The notes beneath the pieces are model-generated. The model was not told the origin of the DNA, did no database searches, and worked only from the letters and a program-made list of their open reading frames with translations. The position numbers and the translations under genes were made by a program. 64,000 bases of DNA, taken from contig OZ024760.1 in assembly GCA_964016885.1 (NCBI GenBank), positions 29,202,001 to 29,266,000 of the forward strand. The letters run 5' to 3'. Positions within the stretch are counted from its first letter, which is position 1. Each line of letters opens with the position of its first letter. Of this stretch, positions 41,138 to 53,701 are shown piece after piece. The stretch is from Eledone cirrhosa (Eukaryota).

Positions 41138-41519
41138 GAGAAATTAGCAAACCTTCCACTTCTAAAAATATTAGAGGACTGAATTGTGTGCGATATGAAA
41201 TAACGAATATGTCTTCGGAGCCTAGCTTGTCTCGAAAACCTATGACGTTAAAAATAACAGCCTGGTTAACATGACATTAAAATTAGCTCTACATGATAGA
41301 GCTATTTAATTGTAAGAGACTACTTTGAGTTTCTAACTCAGTATATATTTGTCGGCTCCGTCATGCACAGGTAATTTTAATGTTGTGTTAACCAGGCTGC
41401 TATTTTTAGCGGCATAGTTTTTCGAGACAAGCTAGGCTCCGAAGACACGTGCATTATTTCATATCACACGCAATTCAGTCCTCTAATATTTTTAAAAGTG
41501 GAAGGATCGCTAATTTCTC

Positions 41520-41587
41520 AACACCTACTGATGAGCAGAGAAATGGTGATGATTTTGCGAAACAGTTTCCATAACTGTCTATGTGTT
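41520..41587 (+). ncRNA. Canonical type I hammerhead motif on the host sense strand, about 240 nt upstream of an exon
   Basis: aacaccta CTGATGA gcagag aaatggtgatga ttttgc GAAA CAGTT tccat AACTG TC^ tatgtgtt; one stem I mismatch; predicted cut after 41579. Confidence 0.8.
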
Positions 41588-41828
41588 TTCAGGTAGTTGC
41601 CCAATATAGGTTTGTTATTATTTTTCTTAATTTACTACTTTAAATTAAGTCTGGCAAACCATATTGCTGTAGTTAGTATTTAAAATATGTCGTTAAAATA
41701 AAGTACCAGTAATACACTGGGTTAATTGCTGGCCTTGTGCCAAAAGTAGAAGCAATTATTATTAAGAAATGTTGCTACTAATTTTAACCAACACAGTAAA
41801 CAACTTATGTTTCCTTTCATTTACACAG

Positions 41829-42106
41829 TTCCAATTTATCTCCTATTCACATCTACGGCCATGGGAGTACGGAGGGTCTTCGTTCTGCCTACTCCTCTCC
41901 GCTACACAGCCCACTGCACCTGGGCAAGGATAAACCAGCCAGTGCTCCCACATCACCGATCATATCCATTAGCTCTAAAGGACAGGGACGCCAGATGACC
42001 CTGTCATGTGATGGCTCCCCAGCCACAGGCGACCACACGTGGAGATCACCGCGTGAGGTTACCCTAGAGAGAGAACCGGGCAAGAGTTTAGGCATCAGCA
42101 TTGTCG
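41829..42106 (+). CDS. MPDZ: MPDZ-like exon, linker plus start of PDZ7-like domain (SNLSPIHIYG...TWRSPREVTLEREPGKSLGISIVG), phase 2-1
   Basis: tttcatttacacag acceptor, G|gtaagt donor; WxxPRxVxLxREPxKSLGISIVG is typical of MUPP1/PATJ PDZ7. Confidence 0.92.
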
Positions 42107-42732
42107 GTAAGTTAAATTTTATTTGGGTTTTTTTTTGGGGGGGGGTCGTTCAATTTAACTTACTCTTTAGCACTCTTTTCTCTTGGTGATGCATATATAC
42201 TCGTACACACACACACATACACATATATATGTATACATATATGTAAATAAGAGCGTTATTGCTCCAATCTATCCACAAAATACCGAGCAAACACCCACTA
42301 GTAAAGATACTATAAATATTTGAATTGACAAACCACATTAACAAGACATTCTTGAAAAGTTAGGAAAGAGAACTGCGACTGCATTACAATAAATATTAAA
42401 GTTTTTTTCTGTAATACTGCAAATGTTTACGATGATCTGTGTTAGTAAAGATACTATAAACATTTGAATTAACAAACCACAAAACCACGTTAGCAAAACA
42501 TTTTTGAAAAGTTACAAAACATCACTAAGACTGCATCTCATTAAATATTAAAGTCTTTTCTGTAATACTACACATTTCACAATGATCTGTCTGCTATTAA
42601 AGATATTATAACCATTTGAATTAGCAAGCCCATGTTTAGATATGTTTAGCTTAACAATTAATGGATGTTAAAAGTTAATTGAAATAGTTTGTATTTGATT
42701 AGGAGGGAGTTAATAACTTCACTCTCTGCTAT

Positions 42733-43060
42733 CAACACTTTCTATACAACACTTCCTGTACAACACTTTCTATACAACACTTCCTGTACAACACTTCCTG
42801 TACAACGCTTTCTATACAACACTTTCTATACAACACTTTCTATACAACACTTCCTATACAACACTTCCTATACAACACTTCCTGTACAACACTTCCTGTA
42901 CAACACTTTCTATACAACACTGCCTGTACAACACTTCCTATACAACACTTCCTGTACAACACTTTCTATACAACACTTCCTGTACACCACTTTCTATACA
43001 CCACTTCCTGTACAACACTTTCTATACACCGCTTCCTGTACAACACTTCCTGTACAACAT
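42733..43060. repeat. 14-bp minisatellite abutting a splice acceptor
   Basis: caacacttcctgta units. Confidence 0.95.
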
Positions 43061-43073
43061 TTTTTCTTTGTAG

Positions 43074-43201
43074 GTGGAAGAATTAATGTGCCTCATGCTA
43101 CTCCAGAACAAATAATGTCTGGAATTTTTATAAAACTTGTGATGAAAGATAGCCCTGCTGGCAGGGAAGGTTCACTTCAGACTGGTGATAGAATCTTAGA
43201 G
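43074..43201 (+). CDS. MPDZ: PDZ7-like exon (GGRINVPHATPEQIMSGIFIKLVMKDSPAGREGSLQTGDRILE), phase 1-0
   Basis: ttttctttgtag acceptor, GAG|gtatgt donor, GIFIKxVxxDSPAG..G.L..GDRILE PDZ motif. Confidence 0.95.
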
Positions 43202-43559
43202 GTATGTAGCATAACCTGCATTTATGAGAGTCGGCTGAACAGTTTATAGGATCACTAGGAAGGAGTGATGCTAGAGCTGTGAAATCTTGTTTTAATTTCA
43301 ATTCTTATATTAATAACTGCATTGTTTCTTTCCAGTGATTATGTTGAAAAATAAAACTCATTTGGTCATTCCATGAGAGTATCTTGGTCAGCCTATGAAC
43401 TTTTCAGCTGACCCCTGTATTATTATTATTATTATTGTTGATGTTGTTATTATAGGGATATATTGACCCAAGGGCGTTATTTACATGGGGATTGAATGGC
43501 GGATAGGGTAGAGAGGACTCTTCAGTGATATTTCTTACTCCAGCTCTGAACAGTGATAC

Positions 43560-44293
43560 AGCCCCTTGCCTCCAGCTCTCTATATTCTGACTACAAATAC
43601 AGCCCCCAGTCACCAGAGAAGTAGCCCCTTGCCTCCAGCTCTCTATATTCTGACTACAAATACAGCCCCCAGTCACCAGAGAAGTAGCCCCTTGCCTCCA
43701 GCTCTCTATATTCTGACTACAAATACAGCCCCCAGTCACCAGAGAAGTAGCCCCTTGCCTCCAGCTCTCTATATTCTGACTACAAATACAGCCCCCAGTC
43801 ACCAGAGAAGTAGCCCCTTGCCTCCAGCTCTCTATATTCTGACTACAAATACAGCCCCCAGTCACCAGAGAAGTAGCCCCTTGCCTCCAGCTCTCTATAT
43901 TCTGACTACAAATACAGCCCCCAGTCACCAGAGAAGTAGCCTCTTGCCTCCAGCTCTCTATATTCTGACTACAAATACAGCCCCCAGTCACCAGAGAAGT
44001 AGCCCCTTGCCTCCAGCTCTCTATATTCTGACTACAAATACAGCCCCCAGTCACCAGAGAAGTAGCCCCTTGCCTCCAGCTCTCTATATTCTGACTACAA
44101 ATACAGCCCCCAGTCACCAGAGAAGTAGCCCCTTGCCTCCAGCTCTCTATATTCTGACTACAAATACAGCCCCCAGTCACCAGAGAAGTAGCCTCTTGCC
44201 TCCAGCTCTCTATATTCTGACTACAAATACAGCCCCCAGTCACCAGAGAAGTAGCCCCTTGCCTCCAGCTCTCTATATTAGAGCTACAAATAC
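43560..44293. repeat. 63-bp highly homogeneous minisatellite (about 11.5 units)
   Basis: gccccttgcctccagctctctatattctgactacaaatacagcccccagtcaccagagaagta. Confidence 0.97.
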
Positions 44294-44704
44294 ATTTCTT
44301 CCAAGTACTGCCACCGGCAAGTACCAGCAATGTAAGGACCAATTGAAACCCAGTCAGATGATCATCTTTTATCTTTTTGTGAAATATTCTGTGAGAATTT
44401 TGAATATTAATTTCACTTAGAGTTAATGGCGTCAATGCATGACTATGAAGAATATTCTAAGTACATGATAAAGGTCTCTGGAGACAGAAAGGATAAAGAG
44501 TCTGACCCTCTCCAGGGTCCTATATGACCAACTTTGACTATTTTTCAAAGTCAAAGACATTGAAAGCATTGAATCAAATTAACTCCTCCTCATCATCCTC
44601 ATTATCCTCGTCCTCATCCTCATCCTCATCCTCCTCCTTGTGCCCCTCTGCCTCCTCTTCATCCCCCTCCTCCTCCCCCTCCACCCTCATCTCGCCTCCT
44701 CTTC

Positions 44705-45325
44705 CTCAAGTATCTAGGGGCTGTGTTCACGAGTGATGGAAGGCAGGAGGCTGAATTAAGTGTAAACATTGCAGAAGTTGGTGCAGTAGTGCAGAAGCTG
44801 GTGCAGTAGTGCACCAGCTTCTGCATTCAGTAATCAGAAGAAGGTAGGTGTAAAAGACAAACTCCCTATCTTCAATTTGGTATTTGTGCCAACCCTTACC
44901 TATGGTCTTGAATTTTGGGTAATGTCCGAATGAATACGATCACAAATACAAGTGGCCGAAATGGGATTCCTCTAAAGGGTCTTTGGTGTAACATTACTTG
45001 ATAGAGTGCGTAGCTCGGAGATGAGAGGGTCACTCCAGGTAGAGCTGCTACTTCTCTGAATTGTGAGATCACAGCTCTGATACTATGGAGGACATGTGGT
45101 TAGAATGTCTCAGGAAAGAATCGCTGGACAGATTTGTGAGTCAAAACCAACCAACAGGAGACCCAGGGGTAGACCCCGAGCAAGATGTTTGGATAACATC
45201 CATGAGATTGGCTGGTCTCACTTGGGGGATCCAACCAGATCAGTTGGAGAAGGTTGCTTCTGGCAGGACCTGCTGGTTTGAGGACTCTGCCTTCACAACC
45301 ATCTCAGGAATAAGAGGGCGAGGAA
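44705..45325 (+). mobile_element. Decayed RTE-clade LINE 3' fragment
   Basis: YLGAVFTSDG and YGGHVVRMSQERIA...RRPRGRPRARCLDNI; related fragment at 55290-55560 (-). Confidence 0.75.
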
Positions 45326-45460
45326 GAGGAACAAGGAAAAGAAGAATTTCTGTGAATATATAAGGAGAGGGTCTGGGGCTGGAGGGATGAAGATTATTGA
45401 GAATTGTTTTTATTGAAAGTTAAAGAATGATTGATGAAATATTTTCCTTTCCATTTCCAG

Positions 45461-45571
45461 GTTAACGGGAAGGATCTCCGCAATGCGTCACACGATGAAG
45501 CTGTTGAAATCATTAGAAATGCAATCAGTCCAGTTCATTTCTTGGTCCAAAGTTTAACAGATACATCGTGT
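45461..45571 (+). CDS. MPDZ: PDZ7-like C-terminal exon ([37 protein letters not shown]), phase 0-0
   Basis: ccatttccag acceptor, TGT|gtatgt donor, ASHxEAVxxIR helix motif. Confidence 0.93.
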
Positions 45572-45574
45572 GTA

Positions 45575-46960
45575 TGTATTCTTAGTTATCTTTATATATG
45601 TATGTATTTGTATGTGTGTAGATGTGTGTATGTAGATGTGTGTATGTTGATGTGTGTATGTTGATGTCTGTATGTAGATGTCTGTATGTAGATGTGTGTA
45701 TGTTGATGTGTGTATGTAGATGTGTGTATGTAGATGTCTGTATGTAGATGTGTGTATGTAGACGTATGTATGTAGATGTGTGTATGTAGATGTGTGTATG
45801 TAGATGTCTGTATGTAGATGTCTGTATGTAGATGTGTGTATGTTGATGTGTGTATGTAGATGTGTGTATGTAGATGTGTGTATGTAAATGTGTGTATGTA
45901 GATGTCTGTATGTAGATGTGTGTATGTAGACGTATGTATGTAGACGTGTGTATGTAGATGTGTGTATGTAGATGTGTGTATGTATTCTTAGTTATCTTTA
46001 TATATGTATGTATGTATGTAGATGTGTGTATGTTGATGTGTGTATGTAGATGTCTGTATGTAGATGTGTGTATGTAGATGTGTGTATGTATTCTTAGTTA
46101 TCTTTATATATGTATGTATGTATGTAGATGTCTGTATGTTGATGTGTGTATGTAGATGTCTGTATGTAGATGTTTGTATGTTGATGTGTGTATGTAGATG
46201 TGTGTATGTTGATGTGTGTATGTAGACATGTGTATGTTGATGTGTGTATGTAGATGTGTGTATGTAGATGTATGTATGTTGATGTCTGTATGTAGATGTG
46301 TGTATGTAGATGTGTGTATGTTGATGTGTGTATGTAGATGTGTGTATGTAGATGTATGTATGTTGATGTCTGTATGTAGATGTGTGTATGTAGATGTGTG
46401 TATGTAGACATGTGTATGTTGATGTGTGTATGTAGATGTGTGTATGTAGATGTGTGTATGTAGATGTATGTATGTTGATGTCTGTATGTAGATGTGTGTA
46501 TGTAGATGTGTGTATGTATTCTTAGTTATCTTTATATATGTATGTATGTATGTATGTAGATGTGTGTATGTTGATGTGTGTATGTAGATGTGTGTATGTT
46601 GATGTGTGTATGTATTCTTAGTTATCTTTATATATGTATGTGTGTATGTAGATGTGTGTATGTAGTTGTGTGTATGTATTCTTAGTTATCTTTATATATG
46701 TATGTATGTAGATGTGTGTATGTATTCTTAGTTATCTTTATATATGTATGTATGTATGTTAATGTGTGTATGTAGATGTCTGTATGTAGATGTGTGTATG
46801 TAGATGTGTGTATGTAAATGTGTGTATGTAAATGTGTGTATGTAGATGTCTGTATGTAGATGTGTGTATGTAGATGTGTGTATGTAGATGTGTGTATGTA
46901 GATGTGTGTATGTAGATGTGTGTATGTAGATGTGTGTATGTAGATGTGTGTATGTTGATC
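45575..46960. repeat. 14-bp based (tgtatgtagatgtg) repeat starting at an exon donor
   Basis: Direct inspection. Confidence 0.95.
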
Positions 46961-47229
46961 CTTATAAGCTTGTATGTGAGTGCATCTATTTTATAAATGA
47001 AACAAATGTACATTTATGTTAGACTTATATATATATACACACATTGAAGTTTGATGGTTCACCACTGGATAGAACTGGTCGTTCCATTTAGTCGATCTTG
47101 ATGTATAGTAGGAAAAGCACTCAACGTTAGGAAACTCATCCATTTTTTATGTTGAATCCTGTTGGTGGTGCGGGAACAGAGTTAATTATTATTGAATATA
47201 ATGACAGGAGGCCAAACTGGTGAATTTCT

Positions 47230-47273
<44 letters not shown>

Positions 47274-47275
47274 TT

Positions 47276-47368
<93 letters not shown>

Positions 47369-47371
<3 letters not shown>

Positions 47372-47540
47372 GGAACGAGTAGGACCCCGACGGCTGAGCT
47401 CAAGCCGTTTCGACGGCTAATTCTGAATTGAGCTCAGCCGTCGGGGTCCTACTCGTTCCTATTACCCACTCTACTACCCTAAGTATTGAGTACTTTGGTG
47501 CGTTATGGTCCACCTGGTTCCTTACCACATTTCCTCCGTT
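47369..47540 (+). mobile_element. Short palindromic element family (GAAACGGC...GCCGTCGGGGTC plus tail); other copies at about 1441-1510, 12572-12655, 25680-25852, 29455-29612, 33333-33445
   Basis: Dispersed homologous copies in (TA)n; retains the 3' half of a hammerhead (GAAA CGGC..GCCG TC) and tail actctactacc..agtattgagtact. Confidence 0.6.
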
Positions 47541-47573
47541 ATATATATATAAGTTCATGTATATATATATATA

Positions 47574-47645
<72 letters not shown>

Positions 47646-47653
47646 AGTTCATG

Positions 47654-47739
<86 letters not shown>

Positions 47740-48297
47740 AGTTCATGTATATATATATATATATGTGTGTGTGTGGATGTGTATATATATGTGTGTGTGT
47801 AGAGAGAGAGAGAGAATAGGAAAATGTGAAGAAGTTGTAGATGTTAAAGTCCTTTATTGATAAGGCCGTGATACATATTTCAATGACGACAGTAGCCACG
47901 GAACCAGTGTCATGATCTCATCAGACAGCTTCATTACATAATATGGTTACATTCTCAAGGCTATCCAAACTAAAACAGCAAGGGAACGGACAAAGCTGAG
48001 GTCTTTGAAGCCGTCTCCTTTTCCCTATATATATATAAATATATATATATATATCATCATTTCATTCTACGTCCACTTTTCCCTGCTTGCAAGGGTGGGA
48101 CGGGAACTGATTCTGGCTTGATTTCTACAGCTGGATGCCCTTCCTAACACCAACCTAATTTACAGTGAGTGCTGGGTGTTTTTTTGCCGTAGCACCTCCA
48201 CGACCACTTTGCAGTGGAATGATAGGGACCCCAGTCCTATCATCTCATTTCTACAGCTGAGTAAACTGGAACAATGTGAAATAAAGTGTCTTGCTCA

Positions 48298-48336
<39 letters not shown>

Positions 48337-48389
48337 CATCATCATCATTTTATGTCTGCTTTTCCCTGCTTGCAAGGAATAAATATATT

Positions 48390-49300
48390 TATATAAAATT
48401 GCAAGTTTGAAGAATTATTAGATAAAATATATACAGTCTTTCCTCTCCCTAGTCCACAGAAATCAACCACATAAATAATCATTTAAACGAGGCTATAAGT
48501 TTAAAATGTAACTATGAAGAAATATGATACAGACTATCTTCCGCGAGGGACAGCAAGATAAAATTTATCTAGTCATTCCTTTTAGCCTGTAGAAATTAAC
48601 TAGACAAATAATCAACTACACGGAGTTAGGTTTAAAATAGAAGTTAGAAGGACAAATGCATATAAACTTAACCAAAATTCCTCTAGTCCCGACTGCCAGC
48701 AATTTCGTTCCTTTTTGCGGATATAACCAATCCTGGAATTATCCACGAGGCTTGGAGCTTATCAAGAGACACCTCGAGTCTGGACTAAAATTTCTACTGT
48801 GATCCCCGCCAGAAATGAATTAAAAAATGGCTAAGAATTATCACGTGGCTGACGGTCAATTTAGAGGGTTGTGATTGGTGACCAGGCGGCGAGTAGGCTG
48901 GTTGCTAGAAAGCACAGCCAGATACTGCCTAAAGTTTTACTCAACCTTACAGGAGCATGTATTAAATTCAAAGGGATATATGTATATAATTAGACATAGT
49001 CGTAGATACATATATGAGTGTGGCTACCTTTCACGTTGTGGCTCAATGAAGAATTAATTAAGCAACTAATTGTTAATCAGAGCTATATATAAAATTGCAA
49101 GTTTGAAGAATTATTAGATAAAATATATACAGTCTTTCCTCTCCCTAGTCTGAAGAAATAAACCATATAAATAATCATTTAAACGAGGCTATAAGTTTAA
49201 AATGTAACTATGAAGAAATAATAGACAAATGATACAGACTATCTTCCGAGAGGGACAGCCAGATAAAATTTATCTAGTCATTCCTTTTAGCCTGTAGAAA
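48390..49300. repeat. Pair of about 205-215-bp direct repeats (48390-48595, 49086-49300) around a unique core
   Basis: Both begin tatataaaattgcaagtttgaagaatt and end ttagcctgtagaaa. Confidence 0.8.
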
Positions 49301-49871
49301 GAAAAGTAAACAATTTTAATGAAATTCTAAAATTAAGTTATATTTAGCAAATTTGTTTAAGCAAAAAAATGATCAAGATATTTGCTAAATATAACTTAAT
49401 TTTAGAATTTCATTAAAATTGTTTACTTTTCTTTTTTTTTATAAACTATATCTGGGATTATTATTTTGAGAGAATTTTCTATTTTTGTCTCAGAAAATCA
49501 TTTTATTCTTATATTTTATCTTCTCAAGAAATATTTTGCTTCTTATTTGTTTTTTTAATTAATTTATTACCACATAGAATAAAAGAATATACTAGAAGGA
49601 TTTGCATTATAATTAGTTTTCAAGACGTCATTAGTCTTTTGAAGAATGTGTCGGTATTATTACTCTTAATTACGGCTTATTATTCTATCATCCTACACAA
49701 TATCACAACCACAGGCATTTTAACCATTTCATTTCGTATTTCTAATGAAAGACTATAATTTCAAAATAATTTGGAAAAAAAGTCAAGAATTTGGAGGGTT
49801 TTAGTAGAACTAACTTTGTAAGACAGAATCATGCATGGTTTTATTAAATCCCTCCAAATTCTTGATTATAA

Positions 49872-49958
<87 letters not shown>

Positions 49959-50230
49959 TACTCACAACACTTTATATACATCTTTAACAAGTTTTTTTTT
50001 TATGAAACACACAAACTACATTTATATATATATAAGTGAAGGCATGTGGCTTAATGGTTAGAGAATTGGATTTGCAATGGGATTTGCAATTTGTTATGTC
50101 CTTGAGCAAGACACTTTATTTCACGTTGCTCCTTCTACCTGGAGTTGCGACCGATAGATAGTATTAGCAATTGGAAAAACCAACGGAAACATTGTTTCCT
50201 CGGTCTGATTTGATGAAAGTCGATCGACTG

Positions 50231-50279
<49 letters not shown>

Positions 50280-50859
50280 TCATCATCATCATCATCATCA
50301 CTGTTTTATGTCCGTTCTTCCACGCTAGCATGTGTTAGGTGGTTGTCCTAGTCGGCTGACCTTGTCTTGCTCATACAGGAACTGATTTTGGTTTCATTTC
50401 TACAGCTGGATGCCCTTCCTAACACCAATCTCATTTACAGTGGGTACTGGATGCTTTTTTTCGTGGCGCCTACATGACCACTTTACAGTGTTGGCTGGGT
50501 GCTTTTTTTCTGTGGCACCTCCATGACCGCTTTGCAGTGGGGGCGGAGGGTGTGGGGGCATATTGTCTATATGCTTCAGCTTCGGCTTGTTCCTGTGGAG
50601 GGCGGGTCTTCTGTATTACTGCGTGACGCCAGGGGTATATGTATATATATATATATAGTATTAAGGATACTATTTATGGTTATGTATATACTAAAACCTT
50701 TTATAGTTATATATATTTTAAACCCTAAACAGTGAAAGACAGTAATTTATTACTACCTTATTACCAGTAAGATAAATAGCTCAATGTAACAACATCAGTT
50801 GTTTTACAGAGCAGTTATATAGAAATTACATGAATCAAAGTTCTGTTTAAATCATTTAT

Positions 50860-50908
50860 TTGCTTACAATTGTTTCTTCCAAACCGAGGTTTGGAGTCTT
50901 CGGAGCAA
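50860..50908 (-). ncRNA. Minimal hammerhead-like motif with CCGAAGA core variant
   Basis: Reverse complement: ttgct CCGAAGA ctccaaacc tc ggtttggaa GAAA C-AATT-G TA agcaa. Confidence 0.6.
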
Positions 50909-51014
50909 TTTTTCAGTGATTGCTCCGAAAAATTGCTTCTAATACTCCAAACCTAGGTTTGGAAGAAACAATTGTAAGCAAATAAATGATTTAAACAGAA
51001 CTTTGATTCATGTA

Positions 51015-51063
<49 letters not shown>

Positions 51064-51573
51064 GAAAAAAGATGAAATCGAAGATGCAACTGGAATCTTT
51101 TTTAAAAAAGACTCCAGTTGCATTTTTGATTTCATAATTTTTCCTTATACTTTCACTCGTGTACGACACCTCGTTTTTTTTCATTTTGTAAAAAAAACGC
51201 AATTTCTAATATATATATACACACACATACACACACACACACACTGTAAAGTGGTCATGTAGGAGACACGGTAAAAAGCTCCCAGTCCACACTGTAAAAG
51301 TGGTTGTTGTTAGGAAGCGCATCCAACCATAGAAAACCTGCCAGATACAGTCCTATATATATAGAGTAATGTAAATGTTATGTGAGATATTATGTGAGGT
51401 AAAGCCTTTACTGTGAAAATTCAATAGTATATATAGAGTAATGTAAATGTTATGTGAGATATTGTGAGGTAAAGCCTTTACTGTGAAAATACAATAATAT
51501 ATATAGAGTAATGTAAATGTTATGTGATATATTATGTGAAGTAAAGCGTTTACTGTTAAAATACAATTGTATA

Positions 51574-52011
51574 TCTAAACTATAATAAAGTAAGAAGCGC
51601 AGGACTGCGTACGGTTTATAATTTTTTATCCCCTTAGTAAAAATAAGTTGGATTACTTTGAATAAATAATGAATGAATATTACATAATTTATCTACTAAA
51701 TTTCGTAGCTGTTGATTAAATATATTTTATTACTTATTTAAAGATTCACTTCTTTAAAATTTTCAAATATCAACACTTCCGGTTAGCGATCATTTAAATA
51801 AATATTCATATATTTCCGTCACTAATTTTCTCCTAATGCAGTTTATATATAATATCGTCTTTATAAAATGTATCATGGATTACTGTGGATATTGTCAATT
51901 ATGATTTTATTTGATGTATCATATCTACATGTATATATACTTGCGTATAATATCAATATACACACTACACATACTAGCAGAAAACCACCCGAAGGGTGGT
52001 TTTTCTGGTAG
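51574..52011 (+). mobile_element. Non-autonomous Helitron-like insertion in a minisatellite
   Basis: 5' TC after A; 3' hairpin ctagcagaaaaccaccc-gaa-gggtggtttttctggtag before T; removing it restores the minisatellite unit gtatatatagagtaatg with no TSD. Confidence 0.7.
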
Positions 52012-52998
52012 TATAGAGTAATGTAAATATTATGTGAGGTAAAGCCTTTACTGTGAAAATACAATAGTATATATAGAGTAATGTAAATGTTATGTGAGAT
52101 ATTATGTGAGTAAAACCTTTACTGTGAAAATACGATAGTATATATAGAGTAATGTAAATGTTATGTGAGATATTATGTGAGGTAAAACCTTTACTGTGAA
52201 AATACAATAGTATATATAGAGTAATGTAAATGTTATGTGAGATATTATGTGAGGTAAAGCCTTTACTGTGAAAATACAATAGTAAATATAAAGTCATCAT
52301 CATCATCATACGTCCGCTTTTCCCTGCTCGCAAGTGTGGGGCGGGTCCTATTCAGTACATCTCTCCACTTGTAAATACTAAAGGATTAAAAGACTAGATT
52401 TTATTAAACAAAAAAAAATACTAAGCACATGACCACATCTAAGGAGACAGCTTCTACAAAGGCATTAGACATGTTAGAAATAGCAGCAAAATCTCCCTCA
52501 AATTCTATGTTACCATCTTAAAAAACGTGATTGGTGTTAGGGAGGGCATTCCAGCTGTAAGGACTCCAGCCAAAATACTGTTCTATCTCAGCACAGTACA
52601 GCATGGTCAGCTGACCATACTTATACAGTCTGGTCAGCTGATCAGACTTGTACAGCATGGTCAGCTGACCAGACTTGTCTCATGACATGGATGACCTGTC
52701 TAACCCATGCAAAAATGAAAAAATAGATGTTAAACGTTGATGATGATATATATATATAACCTTTATATCTGTATATATATATATATATATACCATTTATG
52801 TTAGGTTGTTTACCAATGAGTAGAATTGGTGATTCTGCTTAGTAAACGATGATGCAGTAATTTATAGCATTCAAATTTATTCAAATCATCAATCATGGAT
52901 GTGGTGTGTCATGGTTGGTGCAGGAACGGAGTTGAATATTCATTAGAAACAACAGAAGACCGGACTGGAAACTTTGTTTAGAATTTTCATTCTGTCAA

Positions 52999-53074
52999 AA
53001 CACTATACGTATTTCTATGACCCAGTTTCATCATCCGGTCATGAGGCAAGACTTAAATGATGTCATCAGGTGTT
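52999..53074 (-). ncRNA. Minimal hammerhead-like motif with irregular stem II
   Basis: Reverse complement: aacac CTGATGA ...atgacc/ggtcat hairpin... GAAA T-ACGT-A TA gtgtt. Confidence 0.55.
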
Positions 53075-53487
53075 GATTGCAGAATTAATTATATAAGATA
53101 ACAGGATTACACCAAATACAAGCAGAGAATAGATAGTAAAAAATAGAGGACTGATTCTATTCAGGGATAGCCTGCCAATTCAGTATTGTTGTAATTAAGT
53201 AATATATATAGGGGGGAGGGAGTATGTATATGTGAATATATGTTTGTATTTGCATATATATATATATATATATATATAGGCTTAGTGGTTTGCCACTGGA
53301 TAGAACTGGTCATTCCGTTTAGTTAACCATGATGTAATAGTAGGAAAAGCACTCTACATTATGCAACACATCCATCTTTGATGTTGAATCCTGTTGGTGG
53401 TGCGGTAACAGAGTTAATTATTAGTTTGGTCTTAGATCAAGTCATTTGTCAGACAGGTATGACTCCTATATATATATATATATATAT

Positions 53488-53682
53488 ACGTAGGTCCCGG
53501 GTTGAGTCGGGGATAACCACAGTAAGTAAGGTACTCAATACATGGCAGAGTAACATTTTTTTATTTTATAGAAGGAGCTTCTACAGGACTAGTACTGTTT
53601 CATTCAGATGAAATCTTCAGGAAGCTTCCTGAAGATTTCATCTGAATGAAACAGTACTAGTCCTGTAGAAGCTCCTTCTATA
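53488..53682 (-). mobile_element. Palindromic Penelope-like remnant (116-bp perfect palindrome 53567-53682 plus tail); same family as 21059-21250
   Basis: Zero-spacer palindrome centred on AAGCTT, CTGAAGA...GAAAC core, tail homologous to 21181-21250. Confidence 0.65.
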
Positions 53683-53701
53683 TATATATATATATATATA
53701 T

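Noticed and set aside
41807-41998. Overlapping alternative-frame ORF ending in an ATGA stop/start overlap at 41995
   Set aside because: Short, and expected by chance within a coding exon; no independent support.
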